In this document: in pieces, positions 37,159 through 46,070 of the stretch | Layout of the letters: each line of letters begins with the position of its first letter | Numbering within the stretch: position 1 is the first letter of the stretch | Made by a program: the position numbers and the translations under genes | Origin: a virus | DNA length: 64,000 bases | Strand: one strand, 5' to 3' | IMG/VR virus record: IMGVR_UViG_3300005529_000005 | Coordinates: 4,499 to 68,498 of that record | The notes under the pieces: generated by a model | Database searches by the model: none | What the model saw: the letters and a program-made list of their open reading frames with translations, nothing else | What the model was told of the DNA's origin: nothing

Positions 37159-39416
37159 TCGGCGCGGCGACGATCCAGACGGAGGTCCGCCACGCGCACC
37201 TCTTCTGCGGGATCGGCGGCGGCGCCGTCGGCTTCAACCGGGGGAGCGCGCGCGTCGGGAACACGGAGGCGCGCTTCGTGTGCGTCGGCGGGATCGACTC
37301 GGACCCGGCGGCGTGCCGGGACTTCGAGCGCAAGGCGCGCGCGCCGGCGACGTGCCGGGACCTCTTCTCGCTCGACCAGTACCGGGACTTCCACGGGCGC
37401 GACCCGGCGCCCGGGTGGGAGGAGGCGGGACCCGACGCGCTCCACCGCGCGTTCAGGCTGCGGCCGCACATCGTGTTCCTGAGCGCGCCGTGCAAGGGCT
37501 TCTCCGGCCTGCTGTCCGAGACCTCCTCCAAGACCGCGCGCTATCAGGCCTTGAACGGCCTGACGCTGCGCGGCGTGTGGCTCCTGCTGGAGGCCTACAA
37601 GGACGACCCGGTCGAGCTGCTCGTCTTCGAGAACGTCCCGAGGATCGCGACGCGCGGGCGCTGGCTGCTCGACCAGATCGTCGCGCTGCTGCGCGCCTAC
37701 GGCTACGCGGTCGCGGAGACGACGCACGACTGCGGGGAGCTGGGCGAGCTCGGCCAGAGCCGGAAGCGGTTCCTGCTCGTCGCGCGCCACCAGGAGAAGG
37801 TCCCGCCGTTCCTCTATGAGCCTCCGAAGCATCGGCTGCTCGGCGTGGGCGACGTGCTCGAGCGTCTCCCGATGCCGCTGACGGGTGAGGGCGGAGCGAT
37901 GCACCGGATGCCCGCGCTCCAGTGGAAGACGTGGGTCCGTCTGGCCTTCGTGCGCGCCGGCGCCGACTGGCGCTCGCTGAACGACCTCGCGGTCGAGGGC
38001 GGGTTCCTGAAGGACTTCGGGATCGTCCCGGCCGGCCCGTGGCGAAGTGACGTGCTCGGCGTCATGAACTGGACCGACACGGCGGGGACAGTCACGTCCC
38101 GCTCGGGCCCGACGAACGGCCGCTTCGCGGTCGCGGACCCGCGCGCGGGGGAGCTGGCTAGCAAGGACCGTCAGGCCTACGGCGTGGGCGCGTGGGAAGA
38201 CCCGGCCGCGACGGTGACCTCCGCGCGCTCGCCCGGTCAGGGGCGCTTCTCCGTGGCGGACCCGCGCTTCGCGCAGGAGCGGCGCAAGGCCGCCTTCGGC
38301 GTGAGGGGATGGGAGGAGCCCGCCGGCGTCGTCCAGGGCGAGAGCCTGCCGAGCAACGGCTCCTTCGCCGTCGCTGATCCCCGGCCGCCTGAGCCCATCC
38401 GTGGGGGAAAATATCGGGTGACCAGGATGGACGAGCCCGCCGGGACGGTGATCGCGTCCTCGACCACCGGGAACGGCGCCTTCGCGGTCTCCGACCCCCG
38501 GGTGGACGGCCACCCCCGGAGCGTCCAGCTCGGCGTGCGGGAGTGGAGCGAGCCGTCCGGGGTCGTCACGGGTCAGATGGCGGCCGGTCAGGGTCCGAAC
38601 TCCGTCGCGGACCCGCGACTCGGCGGGAAGCGGTTCAACACGACCTACAGGATCGTGCGATGGGACGAGACCGCGCCGGCGGTCGCCGGCCCGGGCGGAC
38701 CAGGCGGGGGGCTGGCGGTCGCCGACCCGCGCGCGACGCACGGTCCCAACGCTCACCACAACAAGATGCGGGTCGAGCCGTGGACGGACCCGTGTCACGC
38801 CGTCACCGGGACCGACCGCGTCGGGAGCGGCGCGCTGTGCGTCGCCGACCCGCGCTGGAGGGACGGCCGCGACGCCTACCTCTCCGCCGGGCACTACGGC
38901 GTGGTCCCCTGGACGCGGCCGTCGCGCGCCGTCTTCGGCCACGGTCAGCACGACAACGGCTTCAACTCCGTCGCTGACCCGCGACCGGATGGGAAAAACT
39001 CGTCCACCGACGAGTCGTGCGGGATCAACGGCTTGGGAGCCGAGTGGACGAGTCCGCGGGAAGAACCCGAGAAGTCGTCCATCCTCCTGCCCGCCCCCGA
39101 CGAGCGCCTCGTGTGCGTCATCTTCGCCCGCGACGGGACGTGGCACCGGCCCTTCACCACGCTGGAGCTGGCGGCTCTGCAGGGCCTCGTCGACCCGGAG
39201 GAGCAGTTCGAGCTCGACGGCCTCTCCGACGCGGCGTGGCGGGAGCGAATCGGCAACTGCGTCCCGCCGCCCTCGGCGACGGCGATCGCGAGCGTGATGG
39301 GAGAGACGCTCCTCCTCGCGTGGGCGGGGGAGACGTTCAAGCTGAGCGCCGCGCCGATCTGGGTCAGGGACGTCGCGGTCGGGCTCTCCGTGCGGCCGCA
39401 GGAGATCGACCAATGA
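37155..39416 (+). CDS. C5-cytosine DNA methyltransferase with eight internal ~29-aa repeats
   Basis: HLFCGIGGGAVG (I), SAPCKGFS (IV), FENVPRI (VI), QSRKRFLL (VIII), RIGNCVPP (X); VADPR repeats in the TRD. Confidence 0.9.
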   Translation: MIGAATIQTEVRHAHLFCGIGGGAVGFNRGSARVGNTEARFVCVGGIDSDPAACRDFERKARAPATCRDLFSLDQYRDFHGRDPAPGWEEAGPDALHRAFRLRPHIVFLSAPCKGFSGLLSETSSKTARYQALNGLTLRGVWLLLEAYKDDPVELLVFENVPRIATRGRWLLDQIVALLRAYGYAVAETTHDCGELGELGQSRKRFLLVARHQEKVPPFLYEPPKHRLLGVGDVLERLPMPLTGEGGAMHRMPALQWKTWVRLAFVRAGADWRSLNDLAVEGGFLKDFGIVPAGPWRSDVLGVMNWTDTAGTVTSRSGPTNGRFAVADPRAGELASKDRQAYGVGAWEDPAATVTSARSPGQGRFSVADPRFAQERRKAAFGVRGWEEPAGVVQGESLPSNGSFAVADPRPPEPIRGGKYRVTRMDEPAGTVIASSTTGNGAFAVSDPRVDGHPRSVQLGVREWSEPSGVVTGQMAAGQGPNSVADPRLGGKRFNTTYRIVRWDETAPAVAGPGGPGGGLAVADPRATHGPNAHHNKMRVEPWTDPCHAVTGTDRVGSGALCVADPRWRDGRDAYLSAGHYGVVPWTRPSRAVFGHGQHDNGFNSVADPRPDGKNSSTDESCGINGLGAEWTSPREEPEKSSILLPAPDERLVCVIFARDGTWHRPFTTLELAALQGLVDPEEQFELDGLSDAAWRERIGNCVPPPSATAIASVMGETLLLAWAGETFKLSAAPIWVRDVAVGLSVRPQEIDQ

Positions 39417-39619
39417 GCAGACGCTATGCCGTGGTTTTTCCCGACGGCTCGATGTCCGTGATGGCTGAGCCCAAGACCGGTCACGAAGCCGCCTCCTATC
39501 GCGGAATGGCGAAGGAGGAGCGTGACGGCTGGAATGAACGGGAGCGTAAATCGAAGTCGAAGAGCTTCGCCAAGCTGGCGACGGTTGAGGTCTCCGACGT
39601 GAAGGAGCTAAGACGATGA
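39413..39619 (+). CDS. Hypothetical protein
   Basis: Coupled small ORF. Confidence 0.5.
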   Translation: MSRRYAVVFPDGSMSVMAEPKTGHEAASYRGMAKEERDGWNERERKSKSKSFAKLATVEVSDVKELRR

Positions 39620-40431
39620 CTCGCGAGACCGCCCCGAGGTTCTCGGGGATCGGCGGCCACCACAGCCACAAGGCGGGGACCGTCGAGTGGATCACCCCGC
39701 CGGACGTCATAGCGGCGCTCGGGCCCTTCGACCTCGACCCGTGCTCCTCGCTAGCCCAGCCGTGGCCGACCGCGGCGCGCGCCTTCACCCGGACCGACAA
39801 CGGCCTGACGCGCGCGTGGGAGGGGCGGGTCTGGCTGAACCCTCCCTACGCGAACGGCGTGATCGAGAAGTGGCTCGCGCGCATGGCGGAGCACGACCGA
39901 GGGACGGCGCTGATCTTCGCGCGGACGGAGACCGACGCCTTCTTCAGGTTCGTGTGGGAGCGCGCGACGGCGCTCCTCTTCATGCGCGGCCGGATCAACT
40001 TCCACTTCGGGGAGCCGTGGCTCGACCAGAAAACCGGTGTCCACTATCAGGTCGGCGATCGCGCCCCCGGGAACGCCGGCGCGCCGACCGTGCTGTGCGC
40101 CTACGGGGTCGACGACGCGGACGTGCTGGCGGCCTGCCGGATCGACGGCCGCTTCGTCCCGCTCCGCCTCCCGCGCTCAGTGGTCGTGTCGATTTTCTCG
40201 ACCTCAAACGAGGAGGCAAAAAGTGTCGTCACCTGGCGGGAGGCCCTCGCCGGCTTCTTCGCCGAGCGCGAGGGGCCGGTCGTCCTCGAGGACCTCTACC
40301 GCGCCTTCGCGACGCACCCGAAGGCGGCGACGAACCGGAACGTCCAGGCGAAGCTGCGCCAGCAGCTCCAGGAGGGACCCTACCGCCGGGTCGGTCCTGG
40401 TCTTTGGGAGGCGGCTGAACAGGGAGCGTGA
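39616..40431 (+). CDS. Phage Dam-like N6-adenine methyltransferase
   Basis: EWITPP...FDLDPC...DNGLTRAWEGRVWLNPPY...ARTET. Confidence 0.9.
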   Translation: MTRETAPRFSGIGGHHSHKAGTVEWITPPDVIAALGPFDLDPCSSLAQPWPTAARAFTRTDNGLTRAWEGRVWLNPPYANGVIEKWLARMAEHDRGTALIFARTETDAFFRFVWERATALLFMRGRINFHFGEPWLDQKTGVHYQVGDRAPGNAGAPTVLCAYGVDDADVLAACRIDGRFVPLRLPRSVVVSIFSTSNEEAKSVVTWREALAGFFAEREGPVVLEDLYRAFATHPKAATNRNVQAKLRQQLQEGPYRRVGPGLWEAAEQGA

Positions 40432-40831
40432 CCATGGCATGCGACGCAGCGATCCGGCACGTCAGGCGGGTGCTGGACGAGAGGTTCCTGAGCATGAACG
40501 CCAGCGACGTCTACGCCGAGGTCAGGTGGTGGACCCCGGACACGATCGTCGAGGCGCTCGACTCGCTCGTCGCCGCGCGGGCCGCGATCAAGGTCGAGGA
40601 CCGCTACCACGTCCTGGGACCGCTCCGGTGAGCGCGGCGCGGGGCGACGAGGTCGTCTACCTCTCCCTGACGGGGGAGACGTGGGACGCCGTGGTCGCGG
40701 CGGTCGGTCCCGAGGACCGCGTCACCCTCCTCGTCGGGAGCTTCGAGCTCGAACTGAGCCGCGTTCCCCTTGACGACACCCGCACTCTTCCTGGATCGTG
40801 GTCCCCGCTCGGACAGGGAGAGGGCGATTGA
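40428..40831 (+). other. Two small hypothetical ORFs (40428..40631; 40628..40831)
   Basis: GTGA-type coupled overlaps. Confidence 0.45.
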
Positions 40832-41430
40832 CCAAGAGACCCAAGCCGGCCGCGGCCGTCGACTTCGACGGGAGGGACGTACCCGCGATGCGGCCCGTCA
40901 TGACGCCGCTGACGAAGATCGTCCCGTACCCGCTCAACCCGCGCACGCACCCGCCCGCTCAGGTCGCGCTCCTCGCCGGCATGATGACGAAGCACGGCGT
41001 CGACCAGCCGATCGTCATGCGCGAGGAGGACGGGTTCATCCTGAAGGGTCACGGGCGGCGCCTCGCGGCGATCGCGGCCGCGATGGACGCCTTCCCGGTG
41101 ATCTGGCGCGCCGGCCTCTCGGAGGAAGAGGCGCGCGCGATGCGCATCGAGGACAACCAGGTCGCGCTGCTCGCCGGTTGGGACCGAGAGTTGATCCACC
41201 AGGAGGTCGTCAGCCTGAAGACGGCGGGCTACGACGTGTCGACGCTCGGCTTCGGCGACGCGCAGCTGGTCCAGTTCACCACGACGCCGGGACCGCCCGC
41301 TCAGTTCCCCGCCTTCGGGGAGAACATCCCCACCGACTTCTGCTGCCCGAAGTGCGGCTACAAGTGGTCGGGGAAGCCGACGCCCGAGTCGGACGGCGAC
41401 CGCGCGGCTCCCAAGCGGAAGAAGGCGTGA
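40828..41430 (+). CDS. ParB/Srx N-terminal domain protein with C-terminal Zn ribbon
   Basis: PYPLNPRTH...VDQPIV...ILKGHGRRLAA...MRIEDNQ; CPKCGYKW. Confidence 0.85.
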   Translation: MTKRPKPAAAVDFDGRDVPAMRPVMTPLTKIVPYPLNPRTHPPAQVALLAGMMTKHGVDQPIVMREEDGFILKGHGRRLAAIAAAMDAFPVIWRAGLSEEEARAMRIEDNQVALLAGWDRELIHQEVVSLKTAGYDVSTLGFGDAQLVQFTTTPGPPAQFPAFGENIPTDFCCPKCGYKWSGKPTPESDGDRAAPKRKKA

Positions 41431-41431
41431 T

Positions 41432-43099
41432 GTGGCTCTCCTCCTGCGGATCAAGGATCCCCAGTTCTTCCGCAAGCGGAGCACCGGGCAACCGGTGCGC
41501 ACCATCGACCTCGACGCGGAGCCGTGTCCGACGATCATGGCGAACGGGATCAGGAGCGTCACCGTCGGGCGCTACGAGCTGGTCGACGACGGGAGGCCCC
41601 CGGTGATCGACGCGACGAAGCCTCCCTACCGCGTCCCGTCCATGGCGGAGATCGCGGCGGTCGAGCCGAACGGGCTGAAGGTGATCTCCACGTTCGCGGG
41701 ATGCGGCGGCTCCTCGCTCGGCTACCGGATGGCGGGCTTCAAGGTCCTATGGGCGTCGGAGTTCGTCGAGCGCGCGCGGCTCGACTACGAGGCGAACGCC
41801 GCTCAGGGGACGGTCGTCGACGGCCGCGACATCCGCCAGGTCGACCCCCTGGAGGTCCTGAGGACGGTCGGCCTTCAGCCGGGCGAGCTCGACGTGCTCG
41901 ATGGCTCCCCGCCGTGCGCGTCCTTCTCGACCTCCGGCAAGCGCGACAAGAAGTGGGGAACGGTCAGCAAGTACAGCGACCGGGAGCAGCGCACCGACGA
42001 CCTCTTCTTCGAGTTCGTTCGGTTCGCGAAGGCGATGCGGCCTCGCGTGTTCGTGGCGGAGAACGTCTCCGGGCTCGTGAAGGGCGTCGCGAAGGGCTAC
42101 TTCCTGGAGATCCTGGCCGCGATGAAGAAGGTCGGCTACCGCGTGGAGGCGCGCCTCCTCGACGCTCAGTGGCTCGGCGTCCCGCAGCAGCGGCAGCGGA
42201 TCATCTTCGTCGGCGTGCGCAGGGACCTCGGCCTCGAGCCCGCCTACCCGTCGCCGCTGCCCTACCGATATAGCGTACGCGACGCTCTGCCCTGGATCAG
42301 CCGCGCGATCCACGACACGTCGGGAGACCGAAGCGTCGGGGAAATCACGAACCGGCCGGCGCCGACGATCACGGTGGGCGGCCTGCAGCCCAACGCCTGC
42401 CACTTCAAGGTCGTCGAGGCGACGGTCTTCCAGAGCGACAAGTACACCCACCTGAAGGACGTGACCGACACGCCCGCGCTGACGATCCGGGCGACGCCCG
42501 GCGAGGGGAAGAAGAAGCCCTTCGTGGTCGAGCGCGTCGTCCAGGGTCCGGAGGTCGACCAGCGCAACGAGGGTCGCGACCTGAGCGACGGCCCCGCGCC
42601 GACGGTCGTCGCCGGCGACGCTGAGAAGCGCACGCCGCGCCAGTTCGTGGTCGAGCAGTTCGTCGTGGAGCCCGAGACCGACATCAGCGGCCAGGCGATC
42701 GGCAAGGAGTACGACCGCCTGAACCCGGGGCAGGAGTCGGACAAGTACTTCAACCTGAAGCGCGCGCCGATCAGCGAGCCGTGCCAGACGGTGACCGCCT
42801 CGGGCGGGATGAACTCCGGGATCGCGAGCGTGACGCACCCGACGGAGAAGCGGAAGTTCTCGATCGCCGAGCTGCGCCGCGTATGCGGCTTCCCGGACGA
42901 CTTCGCGCTCGGCGGGACCTACGCGCAGCAGTGGGAGCGGATGGGGCGCGCGGTCCCGCCGGTGATGATGGCCGCGATCGCGCGCAGCGTCGCCGGCGTG
43001 CTGAAGGAGGCGAAGAATGTGCGGCCTGCTCGGAGCGTTCGATCTCCCCCGGTTCGACGTCGCCGCGCGGCTCGACCTGATAGCGCATCGCGGGCCTGA
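41432..43099 (+). CDS. C5-cytosine DNA methyltransferase homolog with Arg in motif X; predicted carboxymethyltransferase
   Basis: STFAGCGGSSLG (I), DGSPPCASFS (IV), AENVSGL (VI), QQRQRIIFVG (VIII), ERMGRAVPP (X; GNAV replaced by GRAV). Confidence 0.88.
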   Translation: MALLLRIKDPQFFRKRSTGQPVRTIDLDAEPCPTIMANGIRSVTVGRYELVDDGRPPVIDATKPPYRVPSMAEIAAVEPNGLKVISTFAGCGGSSLGYRMAGFKVLWASEFVERARLDYEANAAQGTVVDGRDIRQVDPLEVLRTVGLQPGELDVLDGSPPCASFSTSGKRDKKWGTVSKYSDREQRTDDLFFEFVRFAKAMRPRVFVAENVSGLVKGVAKGYFLEILAAMKKVGYRVEARLLDAQWLGVPQQRQRIIFVGVRRDLGLEPAYPSPLPYRYSVRDALPWISRAIHDTSGDRSVGEITNRPAPTITVGGLQPNACHFKVVEATVFQSDKYTHLKDVTDTPALTIRATPGEGKKKPFVVERVVQGPEVDQRNEGRDLSDGPAPTVVAGDAEKRTPRQFVVEQFVVEPETDISGQAIGKEYDRLNPGQESDKYFNLKRAPISEPCQTVTASGGMNSGIASVTHPTEKRKFSIAELRRVCGFPDDFALGGTYAQQWERMGRAVPPVMMAAIARSVAGVLKEAKNVRPARSVRSPPVRRRRAARPDSASRA

Positions 43100-44390
43100 C
43101 GGCTCCGGGGTCGCGTCGTCCGGGCCTGCGGTCCACGGCCACGTCCGCCTCGCCCTCCTCGACCTGAGCGAGGCCGGCGCGCAGCCGTTCAGGCGAGGCG
43201 AGGGCCTCCTCTCCTTCAACGGTGAGATTTGGAACTGGCGCGCCGTCCGGGAGGAGCTGGAGCGCGCGGACGAGGTCTTCCGCACGTCGTGCGACACGGA
43301 GGTCCTCGCGGCCGCGCTCGACCGTTGGGGCGTCGGGGAGACGCTCCCGCGCCTCGAGGGCATGTTCGCCTTCGCGTGGTCGAAGGGGCGGACGCACGTC
43401 CTCGCGCGCGACCGCTTCGGGAAGATCCCGCTCCACGTCTCCCGCTTCGCGCGGTCCTTCGTCTGGTCGAGCGAGATGAAGGGGCTCGGGCCCGAGCACC
43501 CGTCGGCGCCGCTCCCGCCCGGGACGATCCTCGATCTGACCACCGGGGAACTGGAGACCTGGTACGCGCTCCCGCGGCGCCACGCGGTCGAGTCCCCCGC
43601 GGCGATCGCGGCTGACCTCCGCGCCGGCGTGGCGGCCCGGATCGTCTCCGACGCGCCGCTGTGCTGCCTGATCTCCGGCGGGCTCGACTCGTCGCTGATC
43701 CTGACGGAGGCGCGCCGGCTGAAGCCAGACGTCGTCGCCTTCACCGCCCGCCACGACGACCGCTCCGCCGACCTGAGGGCCGCGCGGCGCCTCTGCGCCG
43801 AGCTCGACGTGAGCCTGGTCGAGGTCCCCGTGGGCGCGCCGACGGCGGACACGCTCGCGGCGGCCGTCCGCGCGATCGAACTGCCGAGCAAGGCCCAGGT
43901 GGAGATCGCGGCGCTGTGCGTGCCGCTCGCTCGCGCGATCGCCGCGGAGGGCTTCAAGGCCTGCCTCTCCGGGGAGGCGGCGGACGAACTCTTCGGCGGC
44001 TACGGCTCGATGTGCATCAAGGGGGCGCGCGCGGACGACGAGGCGTGGCGCGCGATCCGCGTCGCTCAGATCGAGAAGATGGCGCGCGGAAACTTCGTGC
44101 GGTGCAACAAGGCGTTCATGGCGGCGGGCGTCGAGTGCCGCCTCCCGTTCATGGAGCGACGGCTCGTGGAGCGCGTGATCAACCTGAGGAAGGTCGACTG
44201 CCCGCCCGGGAAGAAGGCGCTGAAGGAGGCCGCGCGCGGTCTCGTCCCGCGGTGGGTGATCTCCCGCACCAAGCAGACGTTCCAGGGAGGCGCGGGGATG
44301 GACGAGGCGGCGGCGCGGGCGGTGGCGAACCCGAAGGTCTTCTACGGGGCAGAGTTCCGGTCAGCCTTCGGCGCGGCCGTCGCGGCGTAG
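43017..44390 (+). CDS. Asparagine synthetase B-like glutamine amidotransferase/amide ligase
   Basis: AGGAGG RBS; MCG Ntn nucleophile, HRGPDG, GHVRLALLD, NGEIWN, RDRFGKIPL, SGGLDSS PP-loop, SGEAADELFGGY, ECRLPF. Confidence 0.93.
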   Translation: MCGLLGAFDLPRFDVAARLDLIAHRGPDGSGVASSGPAVHGHVRLALLDLSEAGAQPFRRGEGLLSFNGEIWNWRAVREELERADEVFRTSCDTEVLAAALDRWGVGETLPRLEGMFAFAWSKGRTHVLARDRFGKIPLHVSRFARSFVWSSEMKGLGPEHPSAPLPPGTILDLTTGELETWYALPRRHAVESPAAIAADLRAGVAARIVSDAPLCCLISGGLDSSLILTEARRLKPDVVAFTARHDDRSADLRAARRLCAELDVSLVEVPVGAPTADTLAAAVRAIELPSKAQVEIAALCVPLARAIAAEGFKACLSGEAADELFGGYGSMCIKGARADDEAWRAIRVAQIEKMARGNFVRCNKAFMAAGVECRLPFMERRLVERVINLRKVDCPPGKKALKEAARGLVPRWVISRTKQTFQGGAGMDEAAARAVANPKVFYGAEFRSAFGAAVAA

Positions 44391-44815
44391 AACGCGGTCC
44401 AGAAGCGCCGCGCCTCGTCGACGTGGGGGACGTTCCACCAGCGGTTCAGGCCGGACGGGTGAGGCGCCACGGTGACCTCGCCGCAGTCCCGGGAGAGCCG
44501 GGTCCACTCGAAATAGCCGACGGGTGAGACGCGGAAGGCGCGCGCGACGTTCCAACCGAGCAGTACGACGTGGTCGCGCGCGGCGACGACCTCCGCCATC
44601 GCGTCGGCCCGCGCGCGGGCCTCCTCGACGGGGAAGGCGTCTCCGGCGCCCGCCTTCCCGGGGAACGTGGCGAAGACGTTCGCCCGGTCGAAGGCGGTCA
44701 GGAAGGCGCGGAGGTCGAGGCCGCAGAGGGCGGCGAGCCGCCCCCCGCAGCGTCCGGCCAGCGGCGTAGGGTTGCCGCTCGGGCCGGGCGCTTGACCTAT
44801 GATCAGCGGCTTCAC
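44342..44815 (-). CDS. Uracil-DNA glycosylase superfamily protein
   Basis: LIIGQAPG (motif A), VVLLG..VARAF, PHPSGLNRWWN (motif B). Confidence 0.8.
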   Translation of the reverse strand: MKPLIIGQAPGPSGNPTPLAGRCGGRLAALCGLDLRAFLTAFDRANVFATFPGKAGAGDAFPVEEARARADAMAEVVAARDHVVLLGWNVARAFRVSPVGYFEWTRLSRDCGEVTVAPHPSGLNRWWNVPHVDEARRFWTAFYAATAAPKADRNSAP

Positions 44816-45096
44816 GACTGAAGCCAGAAGGCGAGGGCGGGAGAAGGCAACTCCCCGACGAGGACGATCTCGTCCGAGGTCCACTCCTCGCCGTCGGCGT
44901 CGACGTAAAGCTCCTTCCCGGCGCGATCCTTGGTCCGCTGGCTATCCCAACAGACCTCCGTCTCCCCGACGAAGTCGCAGTCGAGCGACCCGTCGGGGAG
45001 CCGGGAGAAGGACTCCTCGCGCACGAGGGCGTTCGCCTCTACCACGTCGGCGGTCGCGACGATGATCACGCCTGTCGGGCTGAAGGCCTTTGCCAT
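44812..45096 (-). CDS. Acidic hypothetical protein
   Basis: Coupled ORF MAKAFSPTG... Confidence 0.55.
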   Translation of the reverse strand: MAKAFSPTGVIIVATADVVEANALVREESFSRLPDGSLDCDFVGETEVCWDSQRTKDRAGKELYVDADGEEWTSDEIVLVGELPSPALAFWLQS

Positions 45097-45101
45097 GGCG
45101 G

Positions 45102-46070
45102 TCAGCCCTTCGGGGCGGGGAGCGTGACGACGAACTTTCCGTCCTTCCGCTCGCACTTGGCGCCGACGCGCTCGCAGACGCGCCGAAGCGTGACGGCGCA
45201 GGCCTTCCAGCCGCCGATCTTCTTGCAGAGGTCCGCCTCGGTCATGCCCTCGGGTCCCGCCGCGACGGCGGTGTCGAGGAGCTTCGCCAGTTTCGACCCC
45301 TCCCGGAGGCCGTCCGGGCGGGCGGAGACGGGCGTCCGCGCGTTCGCCTTGGCGGCGGGCGCGGCGGCCTTCTTCGCGCGCGGCGTCGCCGGCGCCTTCC
45401 GGGCGGTCTTCGCGGGGGTCTTCGTCGAGGTCTTCTTGGTCGCGGTCTTAGCCATCTCAGTCTCCTCAGGTTGCGCCGCCGTGGCGGGCGCGGGTTTAGC
45501 CGGGGCGGACGCCGTCGGCGGGTCGTAGACGAACTTGCCCGGGCCGACCTGAGTGATCAGGGGGAGCCCGGACTTCTCCCAGGCGGCGTCGGCCGCCTGG
45601 CAACGATCGGCGTGGAGGTCGCCCGCCCGGTGACCGGACGGCCGCTTACACCACGCTCCCGCCCGTACGCCGCACGCGGGACACGCGACGGCGAGCACGG
45701 GATGCTTGTGGGCGGTGAAGTCGGGGACTTCTCCGCCGCTCGCCGGCGCGGGCGCCGACGGTGACTCGGTGATCGGCGGGAGGTCGGGCCCGAGGAGGGC
45801 CGCGTCCACCGCCCGGCCTTGCGCGGCCGCGAGGATTTGGTCGAGCCGCGCGCGCGGGACGCGCGGCGGGAGGGTCTTCGGCTCAGGCTTCACGTGCTCC
45901 TTCTCCTTCCACTTCGTCGGCTCCTGGAAGCGGCCGCGGCGGAGCCGCTCCAGGTTCGCCTCGATCTCCTCCAGCCGTTCGGGCGTCATCCCGATCCAGC
46001 GGTTCAGGACGTCGGGGACGCCGCCGTCCCGCACCTGCTGAGCCCGCGCGGTGATCTCCTCCGGGGTCAT
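45102..46070 (-). CDS. Multidomain protein: Zn finger plus Lys/Ala-rich histone-H1-like wHTH (possible internal start at 45455)
   Basis: CPACGVRAGAWC...H Zn finger; MAKTATKKTSTKTPAK... preceded by an in-frame GAGGAG RBS. Confidence 0.6.
   Translation of the reverse strand: MTPEEITARAQQVRDGGVPDVLNRWIGMTPERLEEIEANLERLRRGRFQEPTKWKEKEHVKPEPKTLPPRVPRARLDQILAAAQGRAVDAALLGPDLPPITESPSAPAPASGGEVPDFTAHKHPVLAVACPACGVRAGAWCKRPSGHRAGDLHADRCQAADAAWEKSGLPLITQVGPGKFVYDPPTASAPAKPAPATAAQPEETEMAKTATKKTSTKTPAKTARKAPATPRAKKAAAPAAKANARTPVSARPDGLREGSKLAKLLDTAVAAGPEGMTEADLCKKIGGWKACAVTLRRVCERVGAKCERKDGKFVVTLPAPKG

Noticed and set aside
38058-38984. CRISPR array or DGR template
   Set aside because: Repeats are conserved at protein level within one ORF, not identical DNA repeats with spacers; no reverse transcriptase or Cas genes.
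41432-43099. Frameshift or fusion between MTase and AsnB
   Set aside because: AsnB has its own RBS and needs a free N-terminal Cys2; the 83-nt overlap is adequately explained by a read-on MTase tail.
43017-44390. Auxiliary metabolic asparagine synthesis gene
   Set aside because: Tight coupling to a C5-MTase homolog with a motif X Arg plus a CmoA homolog fits DNA modification better; not formally excluded.
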